Source of the DNA: Thecamonas trahens ATCC 50062
Taxonomy: Eukaryota; Protista; Apusomonadida
Length of the DNA stretch: 64,000 bases
Reading direction: 5' to 3'
NCBI RefSeq assembly: GCF_000142905.1
Contig: NW_013657652.1
Location: 124,001 to 188,000, forward strand
Both the position numbers and the translations under genes were made by a program. This document shows positions 11,691 through 21,602 of this stretch, one piece after another; within the stretch, counting starts at the first letter, position 1, and every line of letters begins with the position of its first letter. The notes beneath the pieces were generated by a model, which made no database searches, was not told where the DNA came from, and saw only the letters and a list, made by a program, of their open reading frames with translations.

Positions 11691-12091
11691 GCCCAGCCAC
11701 AGTCAAAGTAGCGGCCCATGTCTGATACCAATGCTTTTGAGTCGTTTGTGGAGGGAATCTTTGGCCGATGGCTGTGGCCAGGGCCTGGCATGGCCAGGCC
11801 TGTGGACAGGGCAATGGTCAAATGGGGTCAGTCACCTTTTGGGCGAATTGCGCGCGAAGATTCGCGCTCAATTCGCGCGACATTGAAAAAATGGCAGCGA
11901 ACCAGGGGAAGCCGGAGCATTGGGCGGGGCAGGGGGGGAGGGGGGACCTTACCCACATCACCTCACCCCGCCCCACACACCAGCCAGACTAGCAAACAGG
12001 GCCGGGCATAGGCAAACAGTGAAGCTTGCACACTTCTCCACGCCCCCCCTCCCCCCCTTCAACCTCATACGGTCGACCCACCCACCCCAGC

Positions 12092-14086
12092 ATGTCGGGC
12101 TACGGGCACGGCAAGTACGGCGTCGGCTATGGCGGCAGCCACCATGGACACCATGGGCACGGCGGACACGGAGGACGTGGAAGCGGACACGGACGGATGC
12201 ATAGGATGGGCGGCAGTGGTGGTGGTCCTCCTGGTGTCAGCATTGGCGCCCCACACGTGAGGGTCACCGCCGCCACTCTCACCCCCACCGCCCTCTCAGC
12301 CGCCTCCTCGAGGGCGCACAACACCAACGAGGGTCACCTCCCGTGGGTCTTTGACGAGACGGCCAAGCTCGAGCTGGAGCGTGTTGACTCGGGCATGGGC
12401 CTCGCCTCGTTGACGCCCGTCACTCCTCGCAAGCGTGGTGCGGGCTCTTCGACCATCCGTATCACCACCGCAGGCGGAAAGGAGGAGTCGCTCGAATGGC
12501 TGGCGTCGTCGCCCATCCGCGGCGCCGGCTCGCCCATGCCGCCCGACGCCACTCGCTCGCCAGCCGCATCCTCGACTTCGCTCCCGCCCGCCTCGCCCGA
12601 CGACGACGGCGACAGCGACGACGACGGTGACGACTCGCCGCACGCCACCTCGGAGTGGTCCGGCGTCGACCTCTCGCACATGACGCTCAGGCATCTTGCG
12701 CCGAGCCTCGGGACGTACTCGCGAATTGTGGAGCTCGACATCTCGCACAACTTGCTGCAGTCGGTCTCGCCGCACGTCTTTGCTGGCCTTCACCACCTCA
12801 AGGTCCTCAACCTCTCGCACAACCTGCTCTCAAACGTGCAGGACGGCTGGGTCGCCCTCACCTCGCTCCGGGTCCTCAACCTCGCGCACAACCACATCCA
12901 GTACGCACCTTTTGACCTCGGCTCGCTCTACGCGCTCAAGTCGCTCAACCTGACGGCCAACCCGGTCTCCAACGTGGCGCAGGAGCTGCTGGCCAAGACC
13001 GACAACTCGATTGTCAAGTACCTGCGCGACGTGGCGCCGCCACCGCCAGCGCCGCCGCTCCGCAAGCTCGTCACCTCGCCCTCGGTCCCGCCGCCGACAG
13101 CCGCCGAGCCGGCCTCGTTCACCGTCTTTTGCTACAACGTCCTCTGCGACGCGTACGCCACCGAGCAAATGTACCCGCACACCCCGACGTGGGCTCTCGA
13201 CTGGGAGTTCCGCAAGTCGCTCATTCTCAACGAGATCCTCAACATGCAAGCCGACATCATTTGCCTGCAGGAGCTGCAGATGAAGGAGTTTGACAACTGG
13301 CTCCAGCACGAGCTCCTCGCCTATGGTTACAAGGGTGTGTTCAAGGCCAAGTCGCGCGTCCGGACCATGCACCCGGAAAAGGCCGTCCTTGTCGACGGCT
13401 GTGCCACCTTTTACCGCACCGCCACCTTTACCCTCGAGGCCGAGGACGACGTCGAGTTTTCCGCCATGGCCATGGCCGAGCCCTCGCTCCGCGCTTCGGA
13501 GGACGCCTTCAACCGCCTCCTCACCCGCGACAACATTGCCCTCATCCTCACCCTGCGCTCCAACGCCGACGGCCACGTCGTCGTCGTCTCGAACACCCAC
13601 GTCCACTTTGACCCCAAGTACGCCGACGTCAAGGTCATCCAGGTCCAGATGCTCCTCGAGGCAACCGCAAGCAAGGTCGAGGCCCTGACTGAGGCCACCG
13701 GCACCAAGCCGTACGCCGTCGTTTGTGGCGACTTTAACTCGCTGCCTGAGTCGGGCGTGTACAAGCTGCTCAAGACTGGATTCCTCAAGGCCTCCCACGA
13801 AGACATGCTTGGCTACTCGTACGGCTCGCTCTCCAAGACCGGCATCAAGCACCGCCTCTCGCTCAACTCGGCTTACGCCTCCATTCTCAACGAGGAGCTG
13901 CCCTTCACCAACTACACCCCGCTCTTCAAGGGCGTCATCGACTACATCTGGGTCGACTCGGAGCTGGTCACTGAAGCCGTGCTCGAGGGCCTCACCAACG
14001 AGGAAGCCCGCAAGGGCATCGCCCTCCCCAACGCCCACCACCCATCGGACCACATTCCGCTCGCCTGTAAGATTCGGATCGAATAA
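12092..14086 (+). CDS. CNOT6: CCR4-NOT deadenylase subunit CCR4/CNOT6 (LRR + EEP nuclease) with Gly/His-rich N-terminus
   Basis: LRRs 'L..L.LSHN.L'; 'FTVFCYNVLCDAYAT..MY..TP.WALDWEFRK', 'DIICLQE', 'VDGCATF', 'CGDFNSLP', 'FTNYTP.FKGVIDYIW', 'PSDHIPL'. Confidence 0.95.
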   Translation: MSGYGHGKYGVGYGGSHHGHHGHGGHGGRGSGHGRMHRMGGSGGGPPGVSIGAPHVRVTAATLTPTALSAASSRAHNTNEGHLPWVFDETAKLELERVDSGMGLASLTPVTPRKRGAGSSTIRITTAGGKEESLEWLASSPIRGAGSPMPPDATRSPAASSTSLPPASPDDDGDSDDDGDDSPHATSEWSGVDLSHMTLRHLAPSLGTYSRIVELDISHNLLQSVSPHVFAGLHHLKVLNLSHNLLSNVQDGWVALTSLRVLNLAHNHIQYAPFDLGSLYALKSLNLTANPVSNVAQELLAKTDNSIVKYLRDVAPPPPAPPLRKLVTSPSVPPPTAAEPASFTVFCYNVLCDAYATEQMYPHTPTWALDWEFRKSLILNEILNMQADIICLQELQMKEFDNWLQHELLAYGYKGVFKAKSRVRTMHPEKAVLVDGCATFYRTATFTLEAEDDVEFSAMAMAEPSLRASEDAFNRLLTRDNIALILTLRSNADGHVVVVSNTHVHFDPKYADVKVIQVQMLLEATASKVEALTEATGTKPYAVVCGDFNSLPESGVYKLLKTGFLKASHEDMLGYSYGSLSKTGIKHRLSLNSAYASILNEELPFTNYTPLFKGVIDYIWVDSELVTEAVLEGLTNEEARKGIALPNAHHPSDHIPLACKIRIE

Positions 14087-14143
14087 CATGTTGATCAACC
14101 TACTTTTGTCGCGCGGACTTTGAACTGTCTGCGACGTTCGGCT

Positions 14144-15097
14144 TCAGTCGAGCGGCCGGATGCCGAGTACCACATGATCAAACCAGAACGACTCGAGTGC
14201 CGGCAGGATCGAGTCCCGCCAGAGCACGTCGTCGCGGACGACGCGGACGATGGCAGCATAGCCCTCGGGCCGCTCCTCGCGCTCGCCGGCATCGTTGATC
14301 CGCCACTGGGTCCACCGCACGTAGTCGCACCACTCCAGTCCGGTGCACTGGATGTGGCCGTGGACTTGGGCCACATGCCACGGCGGGACGCTCGCCTGCA
14401 GCGCGTACGGCGACTCGGGCCGCGGACACTTGACCTCGACGCACCCGACCGTCTTGCCGGCATCGTCGACAACAAGGCCATCGGGCGAGACGGCGATCAT
14501 GTACAGCGCCGGGTCGGGATGCTGGTGGATGCCGGTCTCGACAACCCGAAAGCCCGAGGCGGCCTCGTAGGCTGCGATGCCATCGTCCTCGTGCTTGACG
14601 CCGCGCTCAATGTCGGCGTTGCTCGGCTTGCGCTTGCTCAGACCAAACATGTCGTCCCATACCTCGCCGCGGCTCTTGAACCGATCACCGCCCAGCAGGG
14701 CATTAAAGTTAGAGCCCGAGACAAAGCCCAGCCGCTCCTTGTGCCACTCGGTCGATCGCTGGCTCAGCGCCCGCAGATGCGCCCGCCGCGCCGCTGCCAC
14801 CTCGGGGCTCTCGGCCTTGTTGGCCGCCTCGAACACCGTCAGCCACTCACGCACCCGTCCTGCCGGAAGCGATGACACCCATGCCGCATGCACTCTGCCC
14901 GTCTGCTTCCGGACGCCGCCTCGGATGATGGCGAGCATGGACCTCGAGGCTTGTCGCTGAGCTGTGTTTGAGTCGAATGGCGGCCCGTCCCGACTCCGGC
15001 TGACTGCCAACTCGCCGGCGAGCCGCCAGCTCGCTGGGGCCGATGCGGAGGAGAGTCGCCTGAGGCGCGGCAATCGATGCACGGCTGTTGCGTTCAT
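14144..15097 (-). CDS. YqaJ-like viral recombinase / lambda-exonuclease family PD-(D/E)XK nuclease (alternative start 14938)
   Basis: Motifs 'QRSTEWHKERLGFVSGS', 'RG.KHE..GI..Y', 'AVSPDGLV', 'VEVKCP', 'HVAQVHGHI.CTGLEWCDYV.W'. Confidence 0.88.
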   Translation of the reverse strand: MNATAVHRLPRLRRLSSASAPASWRLAGELAVSRSRDGPPFDSNTAQRQASRSMLAIIRGGVRKQTGRVHAAWVSSLPAGRVREWLTVFEAANKAESPEVAAARRAHLRALSQRSTEWHKERLGFVSGSNFNALLGGDRFKSRGEVWDDMFGLSKRKPSNADIERGVKHEDDGIAAYEAASGFRVVETGIHQHPDPALYMIAVSPDGLVVDDAGKTVGCVEVKCPRPESPYALQASVPPWHVAQVHGHIQCTGLEWCDYVRWTQWRINDAGEREERPEGYAAIVRVVRDDVLWRDSILPALESFWFDHVVLGIRPLD

Positions 15098-16746
15098 TCA
15101 TCGCGGAGGTGGATGGAGCGGTCAAAGGGAACCTTGTAGCGATCAAGGATGGCCGGCTGCTTGGCAGCGACCTCGTCAACGTCAAAGAACAGGATGATGT
15201 CGTTGTCGGTGCGGATGGAGATGGTGGAGGAGCCGCCGGCGATAGCGGTCTCGAGCTTGGTGACAAAGTCGCGAACAGATGCGACCTTGACGCCGTTGAC
15301 CGAAGAGATGATGGCGTGCTCATAGTCGTCGTAGCCGTAGTTGATCGAGTCGGAGAGGATGCCCGAAAAGACAACGAGCTCCTCGAGCTCGGGCGTCCGC
15401 ACTCCGCACTTGTAGTGGTAGAGCAAGTCCTTGGGCGCGGTCTCGCGCCAGTCGTCCCAGGTCTCGAGGAGGCCACGGGTCAGCGGCTGGAAGACGAGCC
15501 CGCCGTAGATAAAGTAGACTGGCTTGATGTCGTACTGTTGCTTGGGCACGAGCCGAGCGTACGGCTTGAGCTCGACGTCGACCGAGACGACGACGCCGTC
15601 GCGGAGGACATCGATGGCGAGCACGTCGCCGACGTAAAACTCGTGGTAGAGGACGGAGAAAAAGGTGCGGAACTTGCCTGCGTACAGAACGGTGCCATTG
15701 TTGTGGATGCGGTTGCCGCCGATGGCCAGCAGCACGTCGCCCGGGAGCAGCCGCTCCCAGGCCGACATCTCGTACAGAGTCTTGGCTACGAGGACGCCGG
15801 TCATGTCGTCGGTCATGCCCTTGGCCCGCCGCAGCTGCGGCGCCTCGAGCGTCTGGTGAATGATGCCGAGGATGGGAAAGACGTTCGGCAGGCCGTCAAA
15901 GTAGCAGCGGAGAAAGTGGTGGATGATGCAAGTCGGCACAATCTCGCCGATGTTCTGCGCGTCGTCCATGCCCTGGATGGCGATGCCAAGGATGGTGTCG
16001 CGGAGAAAGGCCGGCCCGCCCGAGTTGCCCGAGTTCATCGCCGCGTCGACGGTGATGGCCAGCAGCCGCCGCGAAGAGTGAGTGTAGCTCTGGACTTCGA
16101 TGCGCGAGACGACACCGTCGGTGATCGAGAGCTCGTGCCCGCCGACCGGAAAGCCCACCAGCGAGATCTTGGAGCGGAGCGAGGGCAGAAAGTCGGGCGC
16201 ACCGAGGACAGCCCGCGGCACGTCGTCAAGAAAGCCCGGCGGCGACGCGTCGTCCACCACCTTGAGCAGCGCCAGATCAGCCTCGTGGCAGACAGCCACG
16301 ACGTCGGCTACGGCCTTGCCCGGATCCGAGCTCTTCTGCAGCTGGACAAAGGTACCGTCAGCCACAACATGGGCAGCAGTGAGGATCAGCCCGCCTTCGA
16401 TGCACACGCCGGAACCCGAGCACGACGACGGCCTGCATGACTGCCACGGCACATCGAAATCGACTTGCTGATAGGTAGTGAGGACCTTGACCACCGAGGC
16501 CTTGTACAGCACCGTCGCCGGCTCTCCATCACCAGCCACACCATCAGCTGCAGCACTCGGTCTGCCACATCCCAACCCGCCAGCCGATCCCGATGAGCTT
16601 GCTGATGCCGACGCGCCCGACTCTGAGCTAGAGCCAGAGGATGATCCTGCCATAGTGGTGGTGGTGGTGGCAGTAGTAGCCGTCGGGGTGGCCGTGGCCG
16701 TGGCCGTAGGGGTCGGCGGTGGCTCAGAGGCTGGTGGCGCAGACAT
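15094..16746 (-). CDS. Deg/HtrA-family trypsin-like serine protease with two PDZ-like domains (Deg2/Deg9-like); start 16746 or 16653
   Basis: Catalytic triad contexts 'LTAAHVV', 'EADLALL', 'DAAMNSGNSGGP'; C-terminal 'YFIYGGLVFQPLT' PDZ2 signature. Confidence 0.92.
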   Translation of the reverse strand: MSAPPASEPPPTPTATATATPTATTATTTTTMAGSSSGSSSESGASASASSSGSAGGLGCGRPSAAADGVAGDGEPATVLYKASVVKVLTTYQQVDFDVPWQSCRPSSCSGSGVCIEGGLILTAAHVVADGTFVQLQKSSDPGKAVADVVAVCHEADLALLKVVDDASPPGFLDDVPRAVLGAPDFLPSLRSKISLVGFPVGGHELSITDGVVSRIEVQSYTHSSRRLLAITVDAAMNSGNSGGPAFLRDTILGIAIQGMDDAQNIGEIVPTCIIHHFLRCYFDGLPNVFPILGIIHQTLEAPQLRRAKGMTDDMTGVLVAKTLYEMSAWERLLPGDVLLAIGGNRIHNNGTVLYAGKFRTFFSVLYHEFYVGDVLAIDVLRDGVVVSVDVELKPYARLVPKQQYDIKPVYFIYGGLVFQPLTRGLLETWDDWRETAPKDLLYHYKCGVRTPELEELVVFSGILSDSINYGYDDYEHAIISSVNGVKVASVRDFVTKLETAIAGGSSTISIRTDNDIILFFDVDEVAAKQPAILDRYKVPFDRSIHLRDE

Positions 16747-17090
16747 GGGCGCGGGGGATTGAAGGGGAGGAGGAGGGGTAGGGAAGTGTGGAAGGGGAGG
16801 GGGGAGGGGGGAGGGAGGGGGAGGTGGCGGAGGAGGGTGAACGGGTGAAGGAAGGAATGGAAGGGGAGGGGAGAGGAGGGGAAGGGGAGGGGAGGGGAGG
16901 GAGTGGTGGAAGGATCGGGTTGGCCGTAGCCAGCCGCAGGTCGCAGTGGGGTAGGTATGTACAAGGGAGGGGGGAGAATATTGTGGTTTGGGAGAGGGGG
17001 AGAGAGGGGGGGAGGAGGGGGGGGGGGGGGGGCGGAGATAGCCATCACTACCCCGTATCAATATCATCATCTCCATCTCCATCTCCACAT

Positions 17091-17251
17091 CCTGATGCCT
17101 GGCCTGATGCCTACCTGGCCTGATACCTACCTGGCCTGATACCTACCTGGCCTGATACCTACCTGGCCTGATACCTACCTGGCCTGATACCTACCTGGCC
17201 TGATACCTACCTGGCCTGATACCTACCTGGCCTGATACCTACCTGGCCTGA
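17091..17251. repeat. 16-bp tandem array (CCTGATACCTACCTGG): 8 perfect units, 1 variant and partial units
   Basis: Perfect units start at 17119 and every 16 bp to 17231; variant at 17103; 12-bp remnant at 17091. Confidence 0.97.
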
Positions 17252-17415
17252 CAGCACCGGCCAACCCTCTTCCCTCCCCGCCCTATCACCCCAACCCCAA
17301 CCACAACCACAACCTCCTCCTCCTCCACCTGCTCCTCACCACACTCCCTCGAACACACACTCCCCACACACACACACACAACCACCTCCACCACTCCATG
17401 CACACACACACACAC

Positions 17416-18324
17416 ATGCAGAACGAGCTCGAGTCGTCGGCGGTGTACAAGGCGGCCCGGGCCGGGCGGGCCAAGCGGGTGAAGAGCCTGCTGGCGTCGG
17501 GCAAGCATGTGGCCAAGGTCCGCCAGGTCGATGGCTACGGGAACACTGTCCTCCATGTTGCTGCTGCAGAGGGCCATGCCGGTGTGGTGGCTGTCCTGCT
17601 TGCCTCGAGGCTCGTCGATGCCCGCTTGTACAACGCTGTTGGCCTCGCTCCGCTCCATCTCGCTGCTGCCGCTGGCCACCACGACGTTGCCTCTCTCCTG
17701 CTCAATCCGCCGCCGGAGAACGTCTCACTCACGGCACAGCTCAAGGCCATGTTTGGCTCGTCGGCTGCTTTGCGCGCCCGTGGAGGTCGCTCGAACGCTG
17801 CCGGCGACGCCCCGGATGAGTCCGCCGACGACGGTGCGAGCCAGGCCGACGATCCGGTCGCGGTCTCGCCGGACCTCTCCACTGTCCACGGCATCACGCC
17901 GCTGATGCTCGCCGCTGACGGCGGGCACGCTGATGTCACTGCCCTCCTCCTCGCCAACGGTGCGAGTGTCCACGCTGTTGCCGACGATCGCGGCCGCACC
18001 GCTCTGCACTACGCCTCGCTCCGGGGCCACGCAGACGTCATTGACGTCCTCATCCGCCGCGGCGGCGCCTCTATCGATCTGCCCACAAGTTCGGGCGAGA
18101 CTCCGATCGACGTCGCAGCCTCTCCGCTCATTGCCCGCGCCCTCGTCAGGCTCGCTGGCGGAAAGCTGCCAGGCTCCCATCCCGACGCCGCCACAGCCTC
18201 GTCCGCCACCGCCCGGCACACCTCCGCCGCGCGCTTCGCCGCCCTCTCTTCTTTCCTTCCTGATGATGCTGCCGTTTACATCCCCAAGACCAAGTCGCGC
18301 CGCCGTCGCCGCAAGAAAAAGTAA
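17416..18324 (+). CDS. Ankyrin-repeat protein with basic C-terminal tail (NLS-like)
   Basis: 'GNTVLHVAA', 'GLAPLHLAA', 'GITPLMLAA', 'GRTALHYAS', 'GETPIDVA'; ends KTKSRRRRRKKK. Confidence 0.92.
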   Translation: MQNELESSAVYKAARAGRAKRVKSLLASGKHVAKVRQVDGYGNTVLHVAAAEGHAGVVAVLLASRLVDARLYNAVGLAPLHLAAAAGHHDVASLLLNPPPENVSLTAQLKAMFGSSAALRARGGRSNAAGDAPDESADDGASQADDPVAVSPDLSTVHGITPLMLAADGGHADVTALLLANGASVHAVADDRGRTALHYASLRGHADVIDVLIRRGGASIDLPTSSGETPIDVAASPLIARALVRLAGGKLPGSHPDAATASSATARHTSAARFAALSSFLPDDAAVYIPKTKSRRRRRKKK

Positions 18325-18569
18325 ACTTTGGTTCTTCAGAAATGTTGCCTGATGTTTACTATGTCACCGCAACCTCTGCTCACAGTTTGACCGTCGATCT
18401 CCTTTTTGGCCGCCTCGTCCCGCCTCGCCCGCCTCCTCCACACGTAAACGCCGTGCTGGGCGAGCCTCCCTCATCTACCCGCTTCTGCCAAGAGCCCCAA
18501 ACACGGACATCATGCCAGTACATTAGAGCTCTCCATCCAAGCTTTATACCTCCACACACTTTACTTTAC

Positions 18570-21500
18570 TTACAGCCTGTGCGAGAGATCCAGCGAGTTG
18601 TGCGACGAGGCCTTGCGCGGGGTAAGGGCCTCGGCGTCATCGCCGACAATTGCGCCAGAGGCCGACGCCGCGGCCGGGCCCTTCTCGGTCGCCGACTTGA
18701 GGGCGCGCGACTGGGCGTAGAACTCGTCAAGCGACATCTCCTTGAGGAAGACAAAGCCGCGGGTGGCGCGGATGAGCGGCTCCGGGTGCTTCTGGAACCA
18801 GTCACGGCCGAGGCAGGTCTTGAGGATAAAGTACTGGTCCTGCTGGATCTGCTGGGTGAGGTCAGAGAACGGACCGTCATGCTCGTACGACGGAAACGAG
18901 GCGTCGCGCTGCGAGCCGTACGAGTTGAGGAACGACGACTCGAGAATGGCAAAGTCCATGAGCGTGACTGGGATGTACATGTTGGAGAACGAGGGATGGA
19001 ACCGGTACCACACGTTGCGGTAGCCGATGCACGAGACCTGGGCTGCCGGGCGCGCCTCCTTGTACAGCCTGAGCGCCGTGGTCAGCGCCTGCAGCACCTT
19101 GTAGTGGGTATCCTGCGCATTTTCCGGATCGAGTGCCATCGTCACCACATCGGGCTCATACTCCTTGAGGTAATCGAGAATGGGCAGGACGTCGCGGGTA
19201 ACCTCGGGCTCCTCGTCAAACAGGTTGGCGGTGTAGAACTGGAGCCGCGCGTGGAAGACGTCGCGGGTCTCCCACCCCAGCCAGGCCCACACGCAGTCGG
19301 CCTCCCACTCGCGGCACTTGCCCTTGAGCATCTGGACGTCCGGCGTGTTGCGCTGGCCATCGTACTGCGTCGAAAAGTAGTTGAGCAGGACCGAGATGCG
19401 CGTCGAGAGCGAGGCCACATCAGGCGTGTCCGAGTAAATCTCGATGAGGTTGCGGATGAGCCGCCGCGCGATGCCCTGCTCCTTCATCGGCTCCGACTTG
19501 GCTGCCACCCCGTCGAGGTACTGCCACACGTCGCGGTTGCGCCCGTCCTCGGACGCAGGATCAAAGTAAGACCGCTCCGCCGCCAGCTTGGCAAACTCCT
19601 TGGTATGGATAAACCGCTCGGCAATGCCCAGCTGCTCCACCATAAACTTGTTGGTCACCGAGTTGAAGCCCGAGGTCATGCAAGCAAATTTGTGCGAGTT
19701 GGTCGGGTTCGACGTCTGCCGCATCACCCCGGCCATGTACCCGAGCATGACGTCGTCGTGGTGCGGCTCGGTGTGGAGGAATCGCGTCGAGTCGTACGTC
19801 CGGCACCCGGCCTCGATGCGCGAAACGAGTAGGTCAAAGACCTGCTGCGCAACGCGAGGAAGGAGCGCGTCCACAGACATGTCCTTCTGCTGCGCAAACC
19901 GGGTGAGCACAAGCGCAGCCCGCGGCGAGGCTGCAACGTCCGACGGCGTCAGCTGCACAAGCTCCTTGTGGACCGAGACGCAGAGGTCCACAAGAACCTC
20001 GACCACATTCTCCATGGTGATCGTCTCGGCGCTCGCAAGCCGGTACAGCTCGCGCTTGGCAAGCTGCTTGGCCGCGCCCTCGGTGATGTAGAACCGCGCA
20101 GAGTCGAGCGAGTGCAGGACCGTCGCCGGCAGCGCCACTGTTGCGGCCTGGGTCAACGACTTGGCCACAATCGACGACTTGGACTCGCCCGCCGCAATGA
20201 TGATCGCCACGCACTCGGGATTGTACGTGATGGTGCCTAGCCCAATGGTGATTACAAGCCGCTTCGACGACACCTCGATGCCGCCCAGGTCGCCCGCCGC
20301 CGCGGCCTGTGTCTCGTAGTTGATCGGTGAGAGCCGCGTCGTCGAAAAGTGGTCAGCGCCGGAGCAGTTGAACGCAATGTGTCCGTCCGGCCCGATGCCG
20401 CCGAGGAAGAACCCGATGCCACCCAGCGCCCGAATCCGTGCCTCGTGCGCGTTGCACCACTCGTCAACCTTGATGATCTCGTCTCGCTGCCGCCGCTCTT
20501 GCTCGTTGCATGGCGCACGGAACCGGAGCGAGAGGTCCACGCCCTCGGTCGCATCAAACACAGACATGTCGCAAATCGTCGACCCGTCGATCAGTAGCGC
20601 CTTTTCGGGATCAAACCCCATCCCGCGAAGGTACAGCAAGTCCACGTACGAGTAAAACGAGTTGGACTGCCGCGGGTTGATGGGGAAGAACTCGTCGATC
20701 TGCACGAAAATGAGCGACCCGATGTCGGGCTTGGCCTCGGGCCCGTACTCGAGCCCGTACTCGCTCAGCACTTCCACGACCGCAGGCTCGCCCCACCCGT
20801 TGAGGATCCGCGTCACCCACTTGATAAAGTACTCGGGTGTCTTGCCTGTCGGGAGCGAGACCACTCCGCCTGGGTTCGCCTGCGCCCACTCGATAAACCG
20901 CAGCGCAGTCACCTTGCCCAGGTCCGGAAAGTTGTCCACCACAATCGTCGGCACCCGCTCGTCATCGAAAAACCCAGGGTAGCCAGACTTGGCCATTGCC
21001 ATCTTTTCCACCTCGGACCTGCAACCCCGCTCGCCCGGCCGCCACGTCATCTCTAACTTGGTGAGTCGCGGCATGTTCCTCCACCGCCGCCACCACCGAC
21101 TCGTGGATGCGGATAGCCATGGCAGTATGGCTCGAGAGTACAAAGAGATTTCATCACCCAAGCTTGCAGGAACGCAACCATCCCACCCCCCAGCATCCGT
21201 GCTACTACCTTGCCTCTCATTTCCACTCATCACAGCAGCCACAGCAGGTGGCTAGGCCGTAGAAGTGCAGCTTTCGCTGCTTTGCGTGCCGAAAAATAAA
21301 ATGTCTCCACAACTTGGGGCAACGAGTGCGCATGACGTGGAGAGGCTGGGACTGGCGCAGGTACTGCGGGACAGCCATGGCGACTGGGGGGGGGGGGGCA
21401 GTGTCTCGGCATGGAATCTAGGAAATAAAGCACATGCGGGTACGTACCCATGGGCAAGGATCTCAGATGGCCGCCGGTTGAGGGCGGAGGTGCCCGGTGA

Positions 21501-21602
21501 AGGGGTGGCCTCGGTCTCGGACGAGTCATCGTGGCCATTGGACAACAGGCTGGTCTTCGGTGGCGTCTGGAGGAAGGCAGACGTGGGCGAAGCAGTGGAC
21601 AT
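18570..21602 (-). CDS. nagB: Long bacterial-type glucosamine-6-phosphate deaminase fused to a PIG-L/LmbE deacetylase-like domain; predicted exons 21602-21448 and 21018-18570
   Basis: NagB motifs 'SLPTGKTP', 'QIDEF', 'GGIGFFLGGIGPDGHIAFN', 'ITIGLGTI'; LmbE-like 'HTEPHHDDVMLG' and 'DPE...DTH'. Phase-2 donor GTACGT (21447) joins CAG (21019) in frame. An alternative start at 21074 is possible. Confidence 0.88.

Noticed and set aside
14144-15097. Prophage, endogenous virus or transposon around the YqaJ gene
   Set aside because: Flanked by housekeeping genes; no terminal repeats, integrase, transposase or capsid genes.
16747-17088. Pro-rich N-terminal extension of the Deg protease
   Set aside because: Translation of the C-rich promoter/leader tract; not coding-like.
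17091-17251. CRISPR array or U1 snRNA gene
   Set aside because: Units are directly adjacent with no spacers; no cas genes; no U1 stem-loops or Sm site follow.
21076-21160. Box C/D snoRNA in the duplicated block
   Set aside because: TGATGA occurs in only one copy, no matching terminal CTGA, and the block reads as ZnT coding sequence.
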